Positions 34,801 to 48,181 are shown, numbered from the whole stretch's first letter. The stretch: 58,061 bases of DNA, filler included, from Sphacelaria rigidula (GCA_964200075.2; 4 parts of 4 records of this genome joined end to end with filler, not necessarily neighbours in it), one strand, 5' to 3'. The notes: generated by a model not told the origin, from the sequence alone. Numbers and translations are program-made.

Positions 34801-36230
34801 GAGTCTGCCCGAGTAGCTGTAACACAGAGGCAGTATATTCAGATGGATGTGAAAAAATTCTGGCGCATCAAAACCATGCCTGCCGCGGATAACGAAGATT
34901 CGGGCCAGTTTACTTCTGCCCTCATCACGTCCATCCGCCGCACTGTTTGTAACATCCTTCACTTGGCGGATGTTACTGGCACACAACGTTTCGAAGACTC
35001 TGACTGGGTAGAGGGCTGGCAGACTCCCTTGCACAAAGCAATGCATCGATCGATCAGCCGCCGCTCTCCCGACCCCGCTGCTTCTTTGACGCAGGTGCTC
35101 GACGGATTCCTCGCGGAGATGGATCCGGATCGTTCCCAAGGGAAGACAGGCCCGCAATTACTCTCTGATTTGGAAAGGCGTCTCATAGGCTACTTTGACA
35201 AAAGTGATCAAGCCAGCGTCATCCAGAGGCTGAGTTCTTTTGTCGTCGCATCTGATGTTCCCTCCGCGGATTATCTCCGCGAATTTAAGCTTTTGGTTTC
35301 GGGTACGACGGGTGTCGGACGCTAGAATGGACCGAGCGATGCAATGTGTCAGACTTATGTCCGCAATAGCGTTGCTCAACAGTCTCCGGCTCTGATGCCG
35401 TCATTGTTTCCGGTTGTCTTGACACATCGCGAAGTGCCTTACGCCTCCGTTGATACTATGTGGTCTGCTTTTGTACATCAGGAGAGTAATCTAACACCTG
35501 CCATACGTTGCAAACCTTCAACGTCTATGCGTTCACAACCTACGGTTGTGTCCTCCGCTCATGCCCAAGGGGCTCGTGGCAGGAATTCGAGTTCGTCTCG
35601 CGCTTCATGGACCCCGACTCAGTCGCCGGTTCAGTAATGCATGTTCAGAGTACCAGAGATGCATGCAGCGCGAGTTTTGACGGTTGGCCGTTTTCCGAGG
35701 AAACTTGGGATGATGTTTAAATGACTTCAACAACGGTATTCATAACCGATGACCCCCATATGTGGAACCCACTTCTTTCGTCTTCCGCTAGACGCAATAC
35801 CTTCAGCAGTCATGTCAACAGTTGCATCAACTGCAGTGTTCAAGGCCACAGCATGAGCGACTGTGACAGTCCATGCATCAATGCCTTCCATCGCATGAAC
35901 CCTGAATTGTAGGACAATGAACCCGCGTGGCGCCGATGGCAAAAACGCACGCGTGACTATCGTCCACCGACTCGAAATTACCACAGCAATTCGAACCAAC
36001 GTGGCAACAAAAGCTCTGATCGCGGTCGCCGACACAACAACAATCACGGAAACCCTCGCCAGAACGATCAAAATTCTCGCGACAACAAACGTTCCGCTGA
36101 TAGACACCAGCGGATGGGACCGACACAAAGTTCTAACCCTAACACCAGAAACCCTGGTACCTTTACTACGGATCGCTAAGACCTATGACGAGCCGACGCT
36201 GGCGTTCTTCGGTCTTCCATGCCGTCGATA
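31862..36230 (+). pseudogene. gag: Long gag/ORF1 region, broken by stops, frameshifts and an insertion
   Basis: Chain of same-strand ORFs (31862, 32772, 32971, 34041, 34843, 35344, 35721). Gag-like helical segment near LLSDLERRLIGYFD...DYLREFKLLVS. Zinc knuckle CINCSVQGHSMSDC (CX2CX4HX4C) at 35823-35864. Confidence 0.7.
32515..32658 (+). mobile_element. Short retroposon-like repeat, copy D, inserted in the gag region with a 13-bp TSD
   Basis: Flanked by ccttaatgtcgca (32502-32514) and ccttaacgtcgca (32659-32671). Contains a 10-N gap. Confidence 0.85.
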
Positions 36231-36250
36231 GCACGATCGAAGACTTTCTT

Positions 36251-36463
36251 ACCACAGCCCGCAGAGTCCGTGTCAAAATTTGCTCACTCGACTCTCCCGG
36301 CACTATCCAGGAGCGTAACTGACGGCCGTTCATATCGACCCCCGTCTCGAACCTCCACAAAAATTTCACCACAGCCCGCAGAGCCCGCGACTAAGATTGT
36401 CCGCCCGGCTCTCCCGGCACTATGCAGGAGCGCAACTGACGGCCGTTCAAATCGACCCCCGTC
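36251..36463 (+). repeat. In-frame tandem duplication (period 117 bp) between gag and protease
   Basis: accacagcccgcagag...ctctcccggcactat...aactgacggccgttca...cgacccccgtct at 36251 and 36368. Confidence 0.85.
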
Positions 36464-37015
36464 TTCATCCCTCCACACACCGCGTAACAGTTGTGTCACC
36501 CCGCGTCTCAGACCTACACCCGGCACTCAACTTGGTCCTTCAGTACCGAGTCTAAGTCTGAGGTGTGAGAAGACCAACCGCCAATCCCTGAGGCAACGGC
36601 TTCCCTCAGCGAACGCACGCACGGGTAGTAGCAAGCCCTTTTCAGCTGACCCAAGTGTTGCTGATTTGAACCTGACCACATCGGATCATGTAATTCCCAA
36701 TCAGTTCGATCGGGCTCCTTCCCCGCGATTTTCAAGACGCACGGACCTACCTTCGGCCGGTTTTATTAACAACCGCCCCAACATATTTTCGGCTATGCCC
36801 CAACAGCCAAATTTGCCTACGGAAAGCAGCCCACAAGTTTCGCTCCGCCATGCCCCGATGCTGACCCCATCCACGCAACTGGACGCAGTTGTGGTTTCAT
36901 CCCCAAATGTTTTGGAAGTTCCCCGACCTTTGTCACGGCGAAAGAGGAAGCCCTGTAAGCATGCCCTCTTTCGAGCGGAAATCATCGACCTCAATCTCTC
37001 TAAAATGCGACGACT

Positions 37016-40000
37016 TTGAGCTCCACGGCTCTATTAAGTATCCCGGAAGAAACAAAATCACATGATTCTGACGGCACTACTTCTTCAATCGACGGCTTCA
37101 GCCCCTCACATCCTGGATCCCCCTTTGACGGTGATCCCTGTCAACCAAAGACGAGCATTTACGAAATCGCCAATAATCGTGCCACACCTGGAAATAATAT
37201 ACCGTCCATCCCCTTCTCTGGTGAGACATCTGACCTCCCGGCGGATCATCCGCCGTGCGTTTTTGCTGTCAGCCCCGCTAATCCCAACCAGTTTACCTTG
37301 CCCGAACACGGTCCGGATCTTGCCAGCGGAAAAGTGTCTGTAGATCCGGCCACTTTTACTACTCGCGTTGCGATCCATGCCGGTCCGAACGCTATCACGC
37401 CTACGAATTGCGTATCCTTGTTGGACAGCGGCAGCCCGCAAACGTTTATTCGAGAATCAACATGGAAACATACGAAACAGACTGGCGCTGCTACTGTAAC
37501 TTGCGAAACCACCACCAAACCTCGCGTGTGGGGCGGTTTCGGTGACTCTGCCGCGCCACTGACGACTCGTAAATCCGTACCTCTCAGTGTGCAATTCTTT
37601 CACAACACCACTCGATCTGCCAGCCTGGCAGTCTGGGCATACGTTGTACCCGACAGCACCATGCATCACGCCATCTTATTGGGCAGAGATAGCTATATGC
37701 GGTTTCATAAACGCACCTACCGCACGCTTCCACCATTAACGCCACATTCCCCCCCGCGTGGAGAATTCAACCTCGAGCACTTCGGTACTCTCCACCGCGC
37801 CCTGGCTTTTCAGAAGAACCCTTACCACCTACAATATAATCGTAGTGTGGGTATAACACTCTCCGACGACCCCCAACTTCTTGAAGTTGTACGAGTTCGC
37901 CGAAATGGCATGCCAGCACTTACGGGCCATTATCTTGCCGAAATGTTACTCCGTATTAGCGCACCAGCCGACACAGAAAATTTTGTGTCGGCGGGACAAC
38001 AACTTCTCCCTCCTACGGGACATGCTAACTTGGAACCCGGCGATACGTTCAGGAATCGCCGCTGCTCCCCTGATACACATCCCACTCGAGACGTGCGTCA
38101 CAGAGCCTGCCGCACCAAACACCACATCTCCGGCGGAGTCAGTACATTGTGTCGATGAACCTTATTTCGATCTCGCCTCTGCTACTCCACCCCAGGTCCA
38201 CACCGTGGATCCTGCCCAGTCAAATTCCGATCCTCCTGCTGAAGTGCTTCAACGCTTACCACCAGATTCTCGGAATAGCTTCTTGCACATGTGGGACCAA
38301 CTGCCGCCACACATGCGCGACATCAATTTTGACCTTCATGGGCCCGGCTGGGAACCAGCAGTCATCCAAGTACTCAGTGATGTCCTGCTACAGTACCACG
38401 ACCGATTTTCCCGATTCAAGACGGATCTTGGGCATTGCAAAACACTGCCCTTCGAAGTTACCCTCCAACCCGGTGTCTCGCCGATTTCTTCTCGGTCATA
38501 CCATACCAACCCAATCCTTACGAAGAAAGTTAACGCCATCTTGGATGCGTATTTGGGAGCGGGACTAATGCAACATTCCTTCTCTCCTTGGGCCTCGCCA
38601 CTTGTGGTCGTCCCCAAAAAAGATGGAAACATACACATCACCGTGAATTATCAACGGTTGAACCGCGTCACTGTCGTCGGTAAATTTCCGATTCCCCGCA
38701 TTGATGAAGTCTCCGACTCCTTAGGCGAAGGCAAAATATTCAGCACCTTCGACCTCGCTTCTGGATTTTTCCAGAATGCTATACACCCTAACACAGTCCC
38801 ACTGACGGCTTTTTGCACCTCGTCCGGACTCTATGAGTGGCTTTGCATGCCACAAGGCGCCGCCACTGCCCTGGGATGCTTTCAACGCTTAATGCAACGC
38901 GTCACCGAGGACCTCGAGCACATCATCATGTACTTGAATGATGCTATCGCTTTCGATGCCTCACCTATTCTACGAGAATTTCTCTCTCGCCTACGTACGC
39001 ACGATTTGAGACTGTCTCCATCCAAAGCTCGCCTTGGTGCGACTGACTTGGATTTCTTGGGGCATTCCATTTCGCCAGCAGGCCTGCGTCCGGATACGAA
39101 CAAAGTCAAGGCGATGACTGATTTGCCGATGCCAACTAACATTTCTCAACTTCGCTCATTGTTGGGCGGGCTATCCTATTACCGCAATTTTTTGCCGAAT
39201 TTATCGAAACGGATTCGCCCCCTTACTGAGCTCCTCAAGAAAGGAGCCGTGTTTTCTTCACCACAGAAATGGAGGCTATCACCCGCGAATTACTCAAGAC
39301 GCTTACCAAAAAGCCCGTACTATGCTTTCCTGGTTGCGAGGCAGTACAAGATGGCTCCCGCCTTTTCCAACTCCATACTGACGCCAGCACAAATGGATTT
39401 GGAGGAGTTTTGAATCAACCCCAGCTTGATGGCTCTGTCCGACCCATCGTTTATATCAGCCGCGCTACACTGCCCAACGAGGCCAACTGGAGCCCGCTAG
39501 AATTGGAAGGCGGGGTAATCACTTGGGCCATTAAGCGCCTTCGAGAATATCTATTTCACGTGCCCTTCGAGATCTATACGGATCACGGAGTACTCGAACA
39601 ACTCGCTAAGGTTGGTGAACACAACCCTCGTGTACAACGATGGTTGGAGTTTCTAACAGCATACCAGTATACCATTAAGCACCGTCCAGGCAAAACCAAC
39701 GGGAACGCGGATCTCCTGTCCCGCCTGCCTCTGCCGCCTACGGCCGCAGATTCCAGTCCGGCTTGCCGTTTAACGGAACCCGATGAACCCGGAATTTACG
39801 CGATCAGACGTTTTTCAACGCCCGTTTACACCCTCGACCTCCAGTGCCCGGAAACAGGTATGCATATGGGAGGACCTCGCCCTCTACCATATAACGCCGT
39901 CTTGGGTGGGGTAAAATACACTACCCCAGATTTTGTCGATTTTCGCACTTTCGGTACTCGCGCGAAACTCTTCGTAGAGACACCGCCAGTCACCCACCTT

Positions 40001-42286
40001 ATCTCCGACAACACGCGCTCCCGGTCCGCCGCCCGCACCACACCGAGTGCCCCGCCGCCACCAACAACACTTTCAACCTCTATGAGCCACCCAGCACAAG
40101 TTCAACGGACCAACAAGCAAAGCTCCGCAAACACTTCAGCACCGTGCGCCACGCGCCGCGAAAAATCTTCGCCGCGCATTGATACAACCTCGCCGCCTAT
40201 ACCGGCGCCGCAAACGTCTTCTGCCCCCGAGCACGGAACTGACGCCTCGTCTCCTGCTCCCGAGACAGATATTGACGTCGGCATTTCTGCCCCGTCGCCT
40301 GTTCCCCCCCCGCCTGCCCTACCATGTTTGGTCGGCTCGCCAGCGGAAGGCCAGCTACGCGAGTTTCTCGCCAGCTACTCCCACCGTGATTGGGCTCGTG
40401 CACGAAACGCGGAACCGCTATGTCGCGCAGCTATTTGGTACTTACAGCCTGACTGTCCGGTTCCTTTTCCGTTCACACTTCTGGCCCCGGTTGGAAGACT
40501 GCCACCGCCAGTTATTTCTGACGTATACGAGCTCGTGCGTAAAGGCACCCTTTATACTACGGATGAAGGCGTGCAACTACTCGTACGTCGGCCCACGCCC
40601 TTGACAGGCGCAATTTCCGCCTCAACTACGGGACGCACCGCTCGACTACTCGATGACGAACCAACGCGCATATATGTGCCATTATTAATGCGCCCCTGTG
40701 TCATGAAAGGCTGCCATACAGACTTGTCATGCCACCTTGGTGTCACCCGCACCCTCGCGCTCTTGGAACGCTTTTACTGGTGGGTTGGCATGGAAATTTC
40801 CACCCGATTTTGGATTCGGCGATGCTTCAAATGCCAAGCCCGAAAAACTTCACGACAGACAGTACGCTGGCCCGTGATCTCTATGGGACTCCCCGACGAG
40901 CCCGGCCACCTTGTGTCCTTTGACTACTTTGGTCCTCTCCCGACCACAGGTCGCGGCAACACCTATATCTTACTCTTCACTGACCGCTTTGGCCGCCATG
41001 CGTCCATGTACGCGGTAACCGCCGCAGAGTTCACTGCCGCCGGAACGGCCGACATACTGGTCCATAATTACATTAAGCACTACGGCTGCCCGAAGCGACT
41101 ACTTTCAGACAATGGTCAGCAATTTTGTTCAGACCTCTCGGATGAGCTTTACAAGCTCCTGGGCATCCGCAAAATTGCCACGAGCACCTACCACCCAAAC
41201 GGTAACGGCGGTACCGAAAGAGTTAATCACACCATGGCCCAGGTGCTCTCTATGGTTGTCAATGACCGCCAGAATGACTGGGACCTACATCTCTCGCACA
41301 TCATGTTGTCCTACAACAACTCGGTTAGCGCCGCCACAGGCCTTTCTCCGAACGAACTCCGTCTTGGACGCTACCCTCGGCTGCCTATCACCGTGTTCGA
41401 GCGACACACGTTCGACGGTCACCGAGGATTGGATCAGGATCAGATATCCTACAACGAGCTCGCACATGCACGACAACGCAAAGCATTCACCCTCGTGCGC
41501 GAACAACACGCTATCAATGCCTCGCGTTTGGAGAGATCTAACACTGCTTTCTACAACCTCATTCACAAACGCCCTAACTGGAAAGTTGGTGATTGGGTTT
41601 GGATCTACAACAGTTTGTCGACCATCCGCCAAGGCATCAGCAAGGCAGCCAACGAAACAATTTTGAAGACAAAATTGTCCCTCAATTGGACAGGACCATT
41701 CAAGATCCTGACAGTCGGACCATCGTCATCATCACCGGATGGAAAACCCGTTGGTGACAAACTGCTCTATCTCGACTTGCCTCACGACTTCCAGGGCAAA
41801 GACACCAAGCCCCGCGTCTCCGTGCACAGATGCAAACCCTGCACGAACCCGCATGATACAAGCGACATGCCCAAGTACCTGCCGGCCGGACTCACACAGT
41901 ATGTTCTCAACAGCTACTCGACCAAGTCCCCGCCCTACCACGTTACAGCCGACGACGTGACGGAACAGCCCCTTCGGTTGGCTGTGTCCTCCATTTCCGG
42001 CCACCAGATAACCCGTGGTCGAGGAGGCAAGATCGCTGTCATGTATAAGACACACTGGCACGGTCTTCGGAGAGCGTCTTGGGAACGCGAATCCGACCTG
42101 CAATTGCACCGCCGTGCAATCCTCCTTTACTGGACGCAATCCCAACATCAGCATCTTGCTCACAACAAGAAATATCGCAACATGCGCCGTGACGCAGCAG
42201 CCCGCGAACTTCACCGCAACCAGGGACCACGCTTTGTCGCCGATGGTTACGAACTTGTACCCTCCAAGAGACTGCTGCCGAGATAG
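37016..42286 (+). pseudogene. pol: pol polyprotein (aspartic protease, RT, RNase H, integrase, chromodomain) with frameshifts near 38045 and 39255
   Basis: PR LLDSGS. RT WASPLVVVPKKDG, TFDLASGFFQ, MPQG, YLND (YxDD mutated). RH LHTDAS, LELEG, YTDH, NADLLSR. IN HHCC (CHTDLSCHLG...CFKC), DYFG, SDNG, ERVN, GPF motif WTGPFKI. Chromodomain YKTHWHGLRRASWERESDL. Confidence 0.95.
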
Positions 42287-42512
42287 CCCCCCCCCGAACC
42301 GGCCAAAAACGTGCACGGAGGCGATGGTCATCAATGCCGTTAAAGCTGGTTTCGTGCTGCACGACGCGATTCATTTGGGCATCATCGCTGCTTTCAGACT
42401 GCTACACGTCTCGCATGTGGGCGAAATTGCTGCAAACGAGCCGAATATTGGGATCGCAGCCGATTTGTCGGACGGTTTCCGGTGCACTTTTTGTGGGGGG
42501 GCTATCTCGGCA
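42276..42512. mobile_element. MITE (~237 bp) truncating the pol C-terminus
   Basis: Perfect TIR tgccgagatagccccccc / gggggggctatctcggca. The pol TAG stop lies inside the TIR. Confidence 0.8.
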
Positions 42513-43522
42513 TTAGTCCCAACTACTTAGAATGGGGTGAAGGTTTTGGCCTTTGTGCGATGAAGTTTGCCGTACCGCGGTGAAAACGCAAACTCCTTGA
42601 TCTTAGTACCAAAACGGCGTTTTTGAGCCTTCTTTGACGTGAACATGGAAATATAAGCATTATTTGATCGAGTTTGGCGACGAAAATTTGTGGATCCCAT
42701 CCTTGGGTTGTGAGGAGGCGGATAGTCTGCGAAAAATGAAACAAAATATCGTAGTGCTGTTTTTCTGGGGTCCCAGAATGGAGACTACTTCGAAAAATGA
42801 CGTCGATCCCGTCGGACCTCCGAAAAGCGGTGAAAAACTCAAGAGTGAAAACACATCGTCCGTAGAAGGTTTCCTCATGATACATAGCATACTGATGCAA
42901 AGTTTCAGGATCTGACTCCTAATGAGAGGGTGAAAGTTTGCGCGTTTGTGGAGGACGTGGGCTTGAAAGGTGCAACTCCTAACTACTTGGTTTTAGTATA
43001 AAAACGTATTTTGGGGTAAACATGACGTCAAGGCAAGAAAAACTGTATGAGGTTTTTGAATTTCTCCACCAAACTTTGTGCATGTGTTCCTTGGACTCTC
43101 CCGGAAAGCATCATTTCATCGTTTTTCTTTCAGGGCATTCTGTACCGGCTTCCGGGGGTCCTCGTGCTGGGACCCCCGGAAGCCGGTGGAGAACGAAGAT
43201 ACCATTATATATTGTCAAGAATACAATTTTTTCATCTTGAGTATCAATACTTACGGAATTGCCGACTTTGAGGGCGATCTGAGCTTTTCTACAACAGATA
43301 CAGGGGACACCGTCACGAGGCTCCCTGGGTCTTCTGTGCGTATCCACAGTGGGAATTAGACAACACCCGACATCACCGAAACATCACGGTTTCGGGTATA
43401 ATTCGACCCCCGTAGTAACCGTTTTTAAAAATATGATTTTCTCGTTAGATTCCTGTGTCGATGACTGTTACTACGATTTGAAGCATGTAACAACAAATTG
43501 TGCGAATTGAGTTTTACCTTTG

Positions 43523-43622
43523 NNNNNNNNNNNNNNNNNNNNNNNNNNNNNNNNNNNNNNNNNNNNTTAATTAATTAANNNNNNNNNNNNNNNNNNNNNN
43601 NNNNNNNNNNNNNNNNNNNNNN
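43523..43622. other. Artificial contig linker
   Basis: Same N44-TTAATTAATTAA-N44 structure. Confidence 0.97.
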
Positions 43623-44108
43623 AGGGCCCCCACACGATCTTTGCAGTGGCATCACACTCGCCAACAACCCTCGCGCTGGTCGTTCGGGTCTGGTCGGTAA
43701 ATTTCGCCTCGCTGTGATTGGGCAGGTCGCTCGAAGACTTATTTTAAATTATTTCACGAACACTGGGTCAACCCTGTCTTAGTGGGGGGTCGGTCCCAAA
43801 AGAGTTAATAACGTTGTGAAAACGCAGCTTGGCACAACAATGTTGACCGCGCGCAGGGCTTATGTTGACGACGTGCGCAGCCCCTGCCCAATGCATACCT
43901 TTGCTTTTTAGAGGCTGTTCGGTTCAGTGCTTCGATCATCCCTCTCTCCTCCGGTCAGCAAATCGAAAAATCACTGAACAAAAGCTCTAAGCACATGTAT
44001 GATGCCACGCTTCGTCGTCGTATACGCACAGCAACGTTGATCACTCTGACCATCTCTCCCCGACCCTCGTCTCCCGCGTGCACCGCCGTGCGTACTGAAC
44101 ACCTACAG

Positions 44109-45745
44109 CACAATCCGCTTTCGGCCCAACACACCGGGTATGCGCGAACTCCTGGACTGGGGCAACCACTTCGAAGCACGCCAGCAAGATTCTACCACCT
44201 CCCTAGGGCCCCAGTCGCCGGACAACAATGCACAGAGAACCTGGGGTCGCCACAAGTTTGTCCCCGCCGGGGGCAACGCCGGCCTGGACAGGCCGCTGTG
44301 GAGTTCGGGGGGCCGCCGTGGGTCGGCGGGGAAGGCAGCGAGCCTAGCCGGGGGGGCAGCAGCGCGAGCGTTTTGCTGGCAGCAGGGACCAGAGGACGAC
44401 GGGGAGCGCAGCGACTATGAGAAGACGGAGAATCGATCCAGTGCAGATTTCTCGCCTCACCATGGTGTCGTAAATCAGAGGTGTCAAAGCCCTAGATACT
44501 GCGAGGGTGAAGCTGATGATTCCTATGGAGATATGGCCGGTCGACGGAGCCAGGGAAAAGAGGTGTGTTCAGTGCTTGCTGCTGTATGTGGCGGCTATTG
44601 GCGGAGCATGTGCGCACCCTACTAGTCGCGCACAGTAAACCTCACCGGGAAAAAACTCGTGCCTTCCATTGCTGAACGAATGCAGGTTCCAGCGTCAGCG
44701 CGCGTGCGGCGACGGCAGACCAAAACAGGAGGGCTAAGGGATCTAGTGCAAGCTTGGCCGGCCCCAAGCAGCGGCGTAAATGATCTCGACGGCCGGAGCG
44801 GCGGTGCCGGTTTCTCCCATGACCTCGTTGATGCTGTTGGTGACTCTGAACGTGGAGTGTGCAGGGGCGATGAGACCAGCCAGGCCTGCATGCAGCGATC
44901 ACCAGAGGCGAAGAGTGAGAGTGAGCCTTTTTGCGACGTGGCTTGCAGGTGTGTGTATGTATGTGTAAGGATGCGTTCGGTGTTGGTTGGTTGGTTGGTT
45001 GGTTCGTGCGGTACAGCAAGATCTCCGTGTCATGTAGAGCCCTCTTGCATCGTGTTTTGTGCGTCAAAACAGCAACTTGTGATCGTCGGGACGAGTATCA
45101 TAGCTGTGACTATTTAGCGCAATTTTGTTGTTCGAAAAAAGGCCTGTTGTTTCACGATTCCAAGCTGGTGAAATCTTTCGACCGGTTCTAGCAGCCCCTC
45201 CTTCAGTGCAGATGGTGCAAACTAGGTTCCCATACAAATTAAGTGCAAGTCAAGTGTTCTAGGGTGTTATAACTTACACCCCTCTTCGCCGATGGGTTAC
45301 AAAATTACCGTGCAAATCAGGGGGGCGTGCAAACTAGGGTATATAACACAGTGGCACCCCCCAACGTGTACCGCATGAAGATCACCTGTAACAACGCCGA
45401 GCTGTGGCATGCCTTGTGGCTGCCCTGGGGGCAATATACCAACACACCCGCAGTTCACAACCGTAGTGTTCGTCGTGGGTGAGCATGTATGTACGTGCTC
45501 GTTTGTCAGAGACTAAGTATGTCCGTGGAGAGCGGGATGGTGTTTGGATAGCCCTTGGCGCATCGAATACGTTGTGCCCAGCACACACCCTCCACAAGTG
45601 CGAGGGCACAAACCAGCCTGCTATTGATCCTGGGACTACCGCGCCAATGATCCCGCCACTCGAGAGCACCATGGGCTTGTCGGGCGTTGCGTCTCCGCTC
45701 CTTCCTGCAGCAGTGCTGCCCAGCAGTGCGCAACATGTCCTTTAG
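44109..45745 (+). CDS. 3'-terminal exons of an unknown gene (44109-44562, 44686-44914 or 44920, 45510-45745); mostly low-complexity/disordered product
   Basis: ctacag, atgcag and tgtcag acceptors, gtgtgt and gtgag donors, compatible phases (0,1), and an open frame to TAG at 45743-45745. No recognisable domain. Confidence 0.55.
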
Positions 45746-45854
45746 ACGGTCACACTACTGTACATGCAGCGCAAACAAATTGCTTGAGCACGCATCACTG
45801 CGGATTCGAGCTCTGAGACCGATAGTGTACTGCAGGGTATATAGGATGATGATA

Positions 45855-46147
45855 GCCACCGCGCCTCGGTGGTCTGATGGTACACCATAAGCCATTAGCT
45901 CGGGGGGGAAAGACGGGTTCGATTCCTGCCAGACGCGTCTAGTTCGGCGTTTTTCCTGAAAACTTTAGTATCGGATTTCCGCCGTTTGAAACGTGAGGAC
46001 GTGGGTAGCAGAAAAAATATTGCTCGGCTGAGTTTGTTCGGCGACTGTCGACGCGGTGCGGGGGTGCTGATGGTCATGATCCAATCCGCGACACCAAAAT
46101 GTGAGGCGTGTACCGGGGGGAGATACGGCTTGATCCCTTGAGACCAT
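45855..46147 (+). mobile_element. tRNA-derived SINE, family 2, copy 1 (3'-truncated)
   Basis: A box tggtctgatgg and B box ggttcgattcc. Body homologous to 46344-46665. Confidence 0.75.
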
Positions 46148-46343
46148 TAGACACGGGCTCGTCCCGGGGGAGAGCAAACGTAAGGAGAGCAAAGCAAAAA
46201 TAGCATGCCATTGCTATGACTCTGGTAAGCGAGATGTGCTGGGCACGGTGCGTTCGAACCATCGGTGCTTACCTGGTCTACCGTCTTTCGTAATAGCCGT
46301 AGTTCGCGATTGAGATGCGGCTGCCGCAATATTATGCTGTGTA

Positions 46344-46665
46344 GTCGCCGCGCCCCGGTGGTGTAACGGTCCGACTGTCGCCATTAGGGTGGAGAGAACA
46401 AGGGTTCAATTCCCGATGTGTTAGAGTTTTTCTTCCTCGTATGTGGTTTCCACCGTGGAAACGTGAAAACTTGAGAACGTGAGTGAACAAAAATAGTTGG
46501 CTGAGTTTGTTTGACGTGAGTTGACGCGGTGCGGGAGTGCTGACCCAATCCGCGAGACCAAAATGTAAGGCGTTTGCCGAGGAGAGATAGATAGGGTGAT
46601 CCCTTGAGATCATGGACTCATCCCGAGGAAGGGGAGGGGTTCGAAGTGCGACAAATAAATAAATA
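46344..46665 (+). mobile_element. tRNA-derived SINE, family 2, copy 2
   Basis: A box tggtgtaacgg, B box ggttcaattcc, shared body (ggctgagtttgtt...gacgcggtgcggg...aatccgcga), (aaat)n tail. Confidence 0.8.
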
Positions 46666-48181
46666 CATCATGAAAAAATATAGTGCAAATTAAGTCGCTG
46701 TATATTTGCACTATTTTCGACACTTGCGCAGAAAATGACCACCAGAAATGACCCTTTAATCTTTGTAACCCACGGCGTACGCTCACAGGGTTTCCATTTT
46801 GTTTGGCAAACCGATACACGTATCACGCAGGACGTCAGCGGCACAGGTGCTGCTAAGCGACCGCGCTTTCTTGGCGAAAATGTTCAGGCAGCTTTCAGCG
46901 GTCGGGACCCCTCAGGTATTGTGGTGCATTTGGGATACCCCCTGAAGGAGGTTGTTGCCGAGTCAGATCACGCGCTATTTGATCGGAGATCATGAATGCG
47001 TGGTGGCGTTTAGGTCTGCTAGATCATGGCACTCCACAAAAACTGCTGTGCGGTAAGCGTCATTTCCTGTACCCGCGCTGCGCCTGAGTAGACTTTTGGG
47101 CAACCTTGCTCCCTTCGGAACGCTTCGGTAGTGATCATGGACAGAGGGGGCGCGCGCAAGTTTCAAGAGAGCGAAGGAAGGAGGGAGAAGGACAAAAAGT
47201 AGAAAAAAAGTAGAAAAAAAGCATACGGTAAACGGACGAAAAGTACAGCTAGATAAAAGGGGAGTACATGGAAAAGTCGCACGGGCAGAAATGCCCCCGA
47301 GCGTTAGCTCGATTCAATGGCCTCGATTCAATGGCTGCGCTCATCTGCGATCTTCGTGAAGCACCGTAGTTGATTGGTATGCCTTTCAAAACGTCCGCGA
47401 CGCCGGGAAATACAGATCAGATTTATCTGCACGCTTCGCTGGAAAGAACCGGATCTCTGTATCCTCCCAAAGCAAACTCTGTGTATTTTCCACTGCGTGC
47501 CACTGCGCGGTATTCGTGTCCAAATACTCGCAAAGCCCTGTGACCATAGCTGTCTGTGCGGACGAAAACCGCGTTCCATGGCCGGGAGCGGCGATCTAAA
47601 GATCTCTTCTGATAGCAAAAATGAATGTGTTTGACGTACGCGTTACATTTGTTGACATGAAATCGTGCGTCATGTGCTGCATTGCACTGTCCTCTACTAC
47701 GGAGGATTGGTGGCAGCCGGCAAACCTGACGTGTGTACTGCAATACAAGAGCAAAGAACGTATTTAACATATACAGCATCTATTTTCGTACAAGCAGGTC
47801 GTAAAACGAAGGAAGCAGTACTTTGTGTTACGTGAGGTTGAACATGAGATTGTCGCAACCTGTACTACAAAGCACTCCACCTCACATATTTCGCTCATGT
47901 CTAAACCTGTCGGTTAGAGCATCACAATATGAAGGTTGCGAGTTCGTTCCCCCCACGTCCGTTACTGAAAACTATAGGTATTTGGGGTAGAGATAATATT
48001 CGTCACATACTGTGTGAGCCAGATTCGACGTAAACCGGAGAGACAACGCTTGTTCACCAGGAAGACCTGCTTTCATTCAGTTTCAGGAGGTGGCTGAACG
48101 GTGTTGTGCTTGTTATCTTCAAAACGTGTATACTTCGTGTGCGCGTATTGTGTTGCCCTTGCTTTACCATTGACATCTCAG

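Larger units (their letters stand above)
31862..42275 (+). mobile_element. Defective Ty3/Gypsy (chromovirus-type) LTR retrotransposon, internal region; LTR boundaries not resolved
   Basis: Domain order gag(CCHC)-PR-RT-RH-IN-chromodomain, with several stops and frameshifts. Confidence 0.95.

Noticed and set aside
47905..47960. tRNA-like fragment (ggttagagcatc...gagttcgttcccc)
   Set aside because: Too degenerate and short to call. Possibly a SINE relic.
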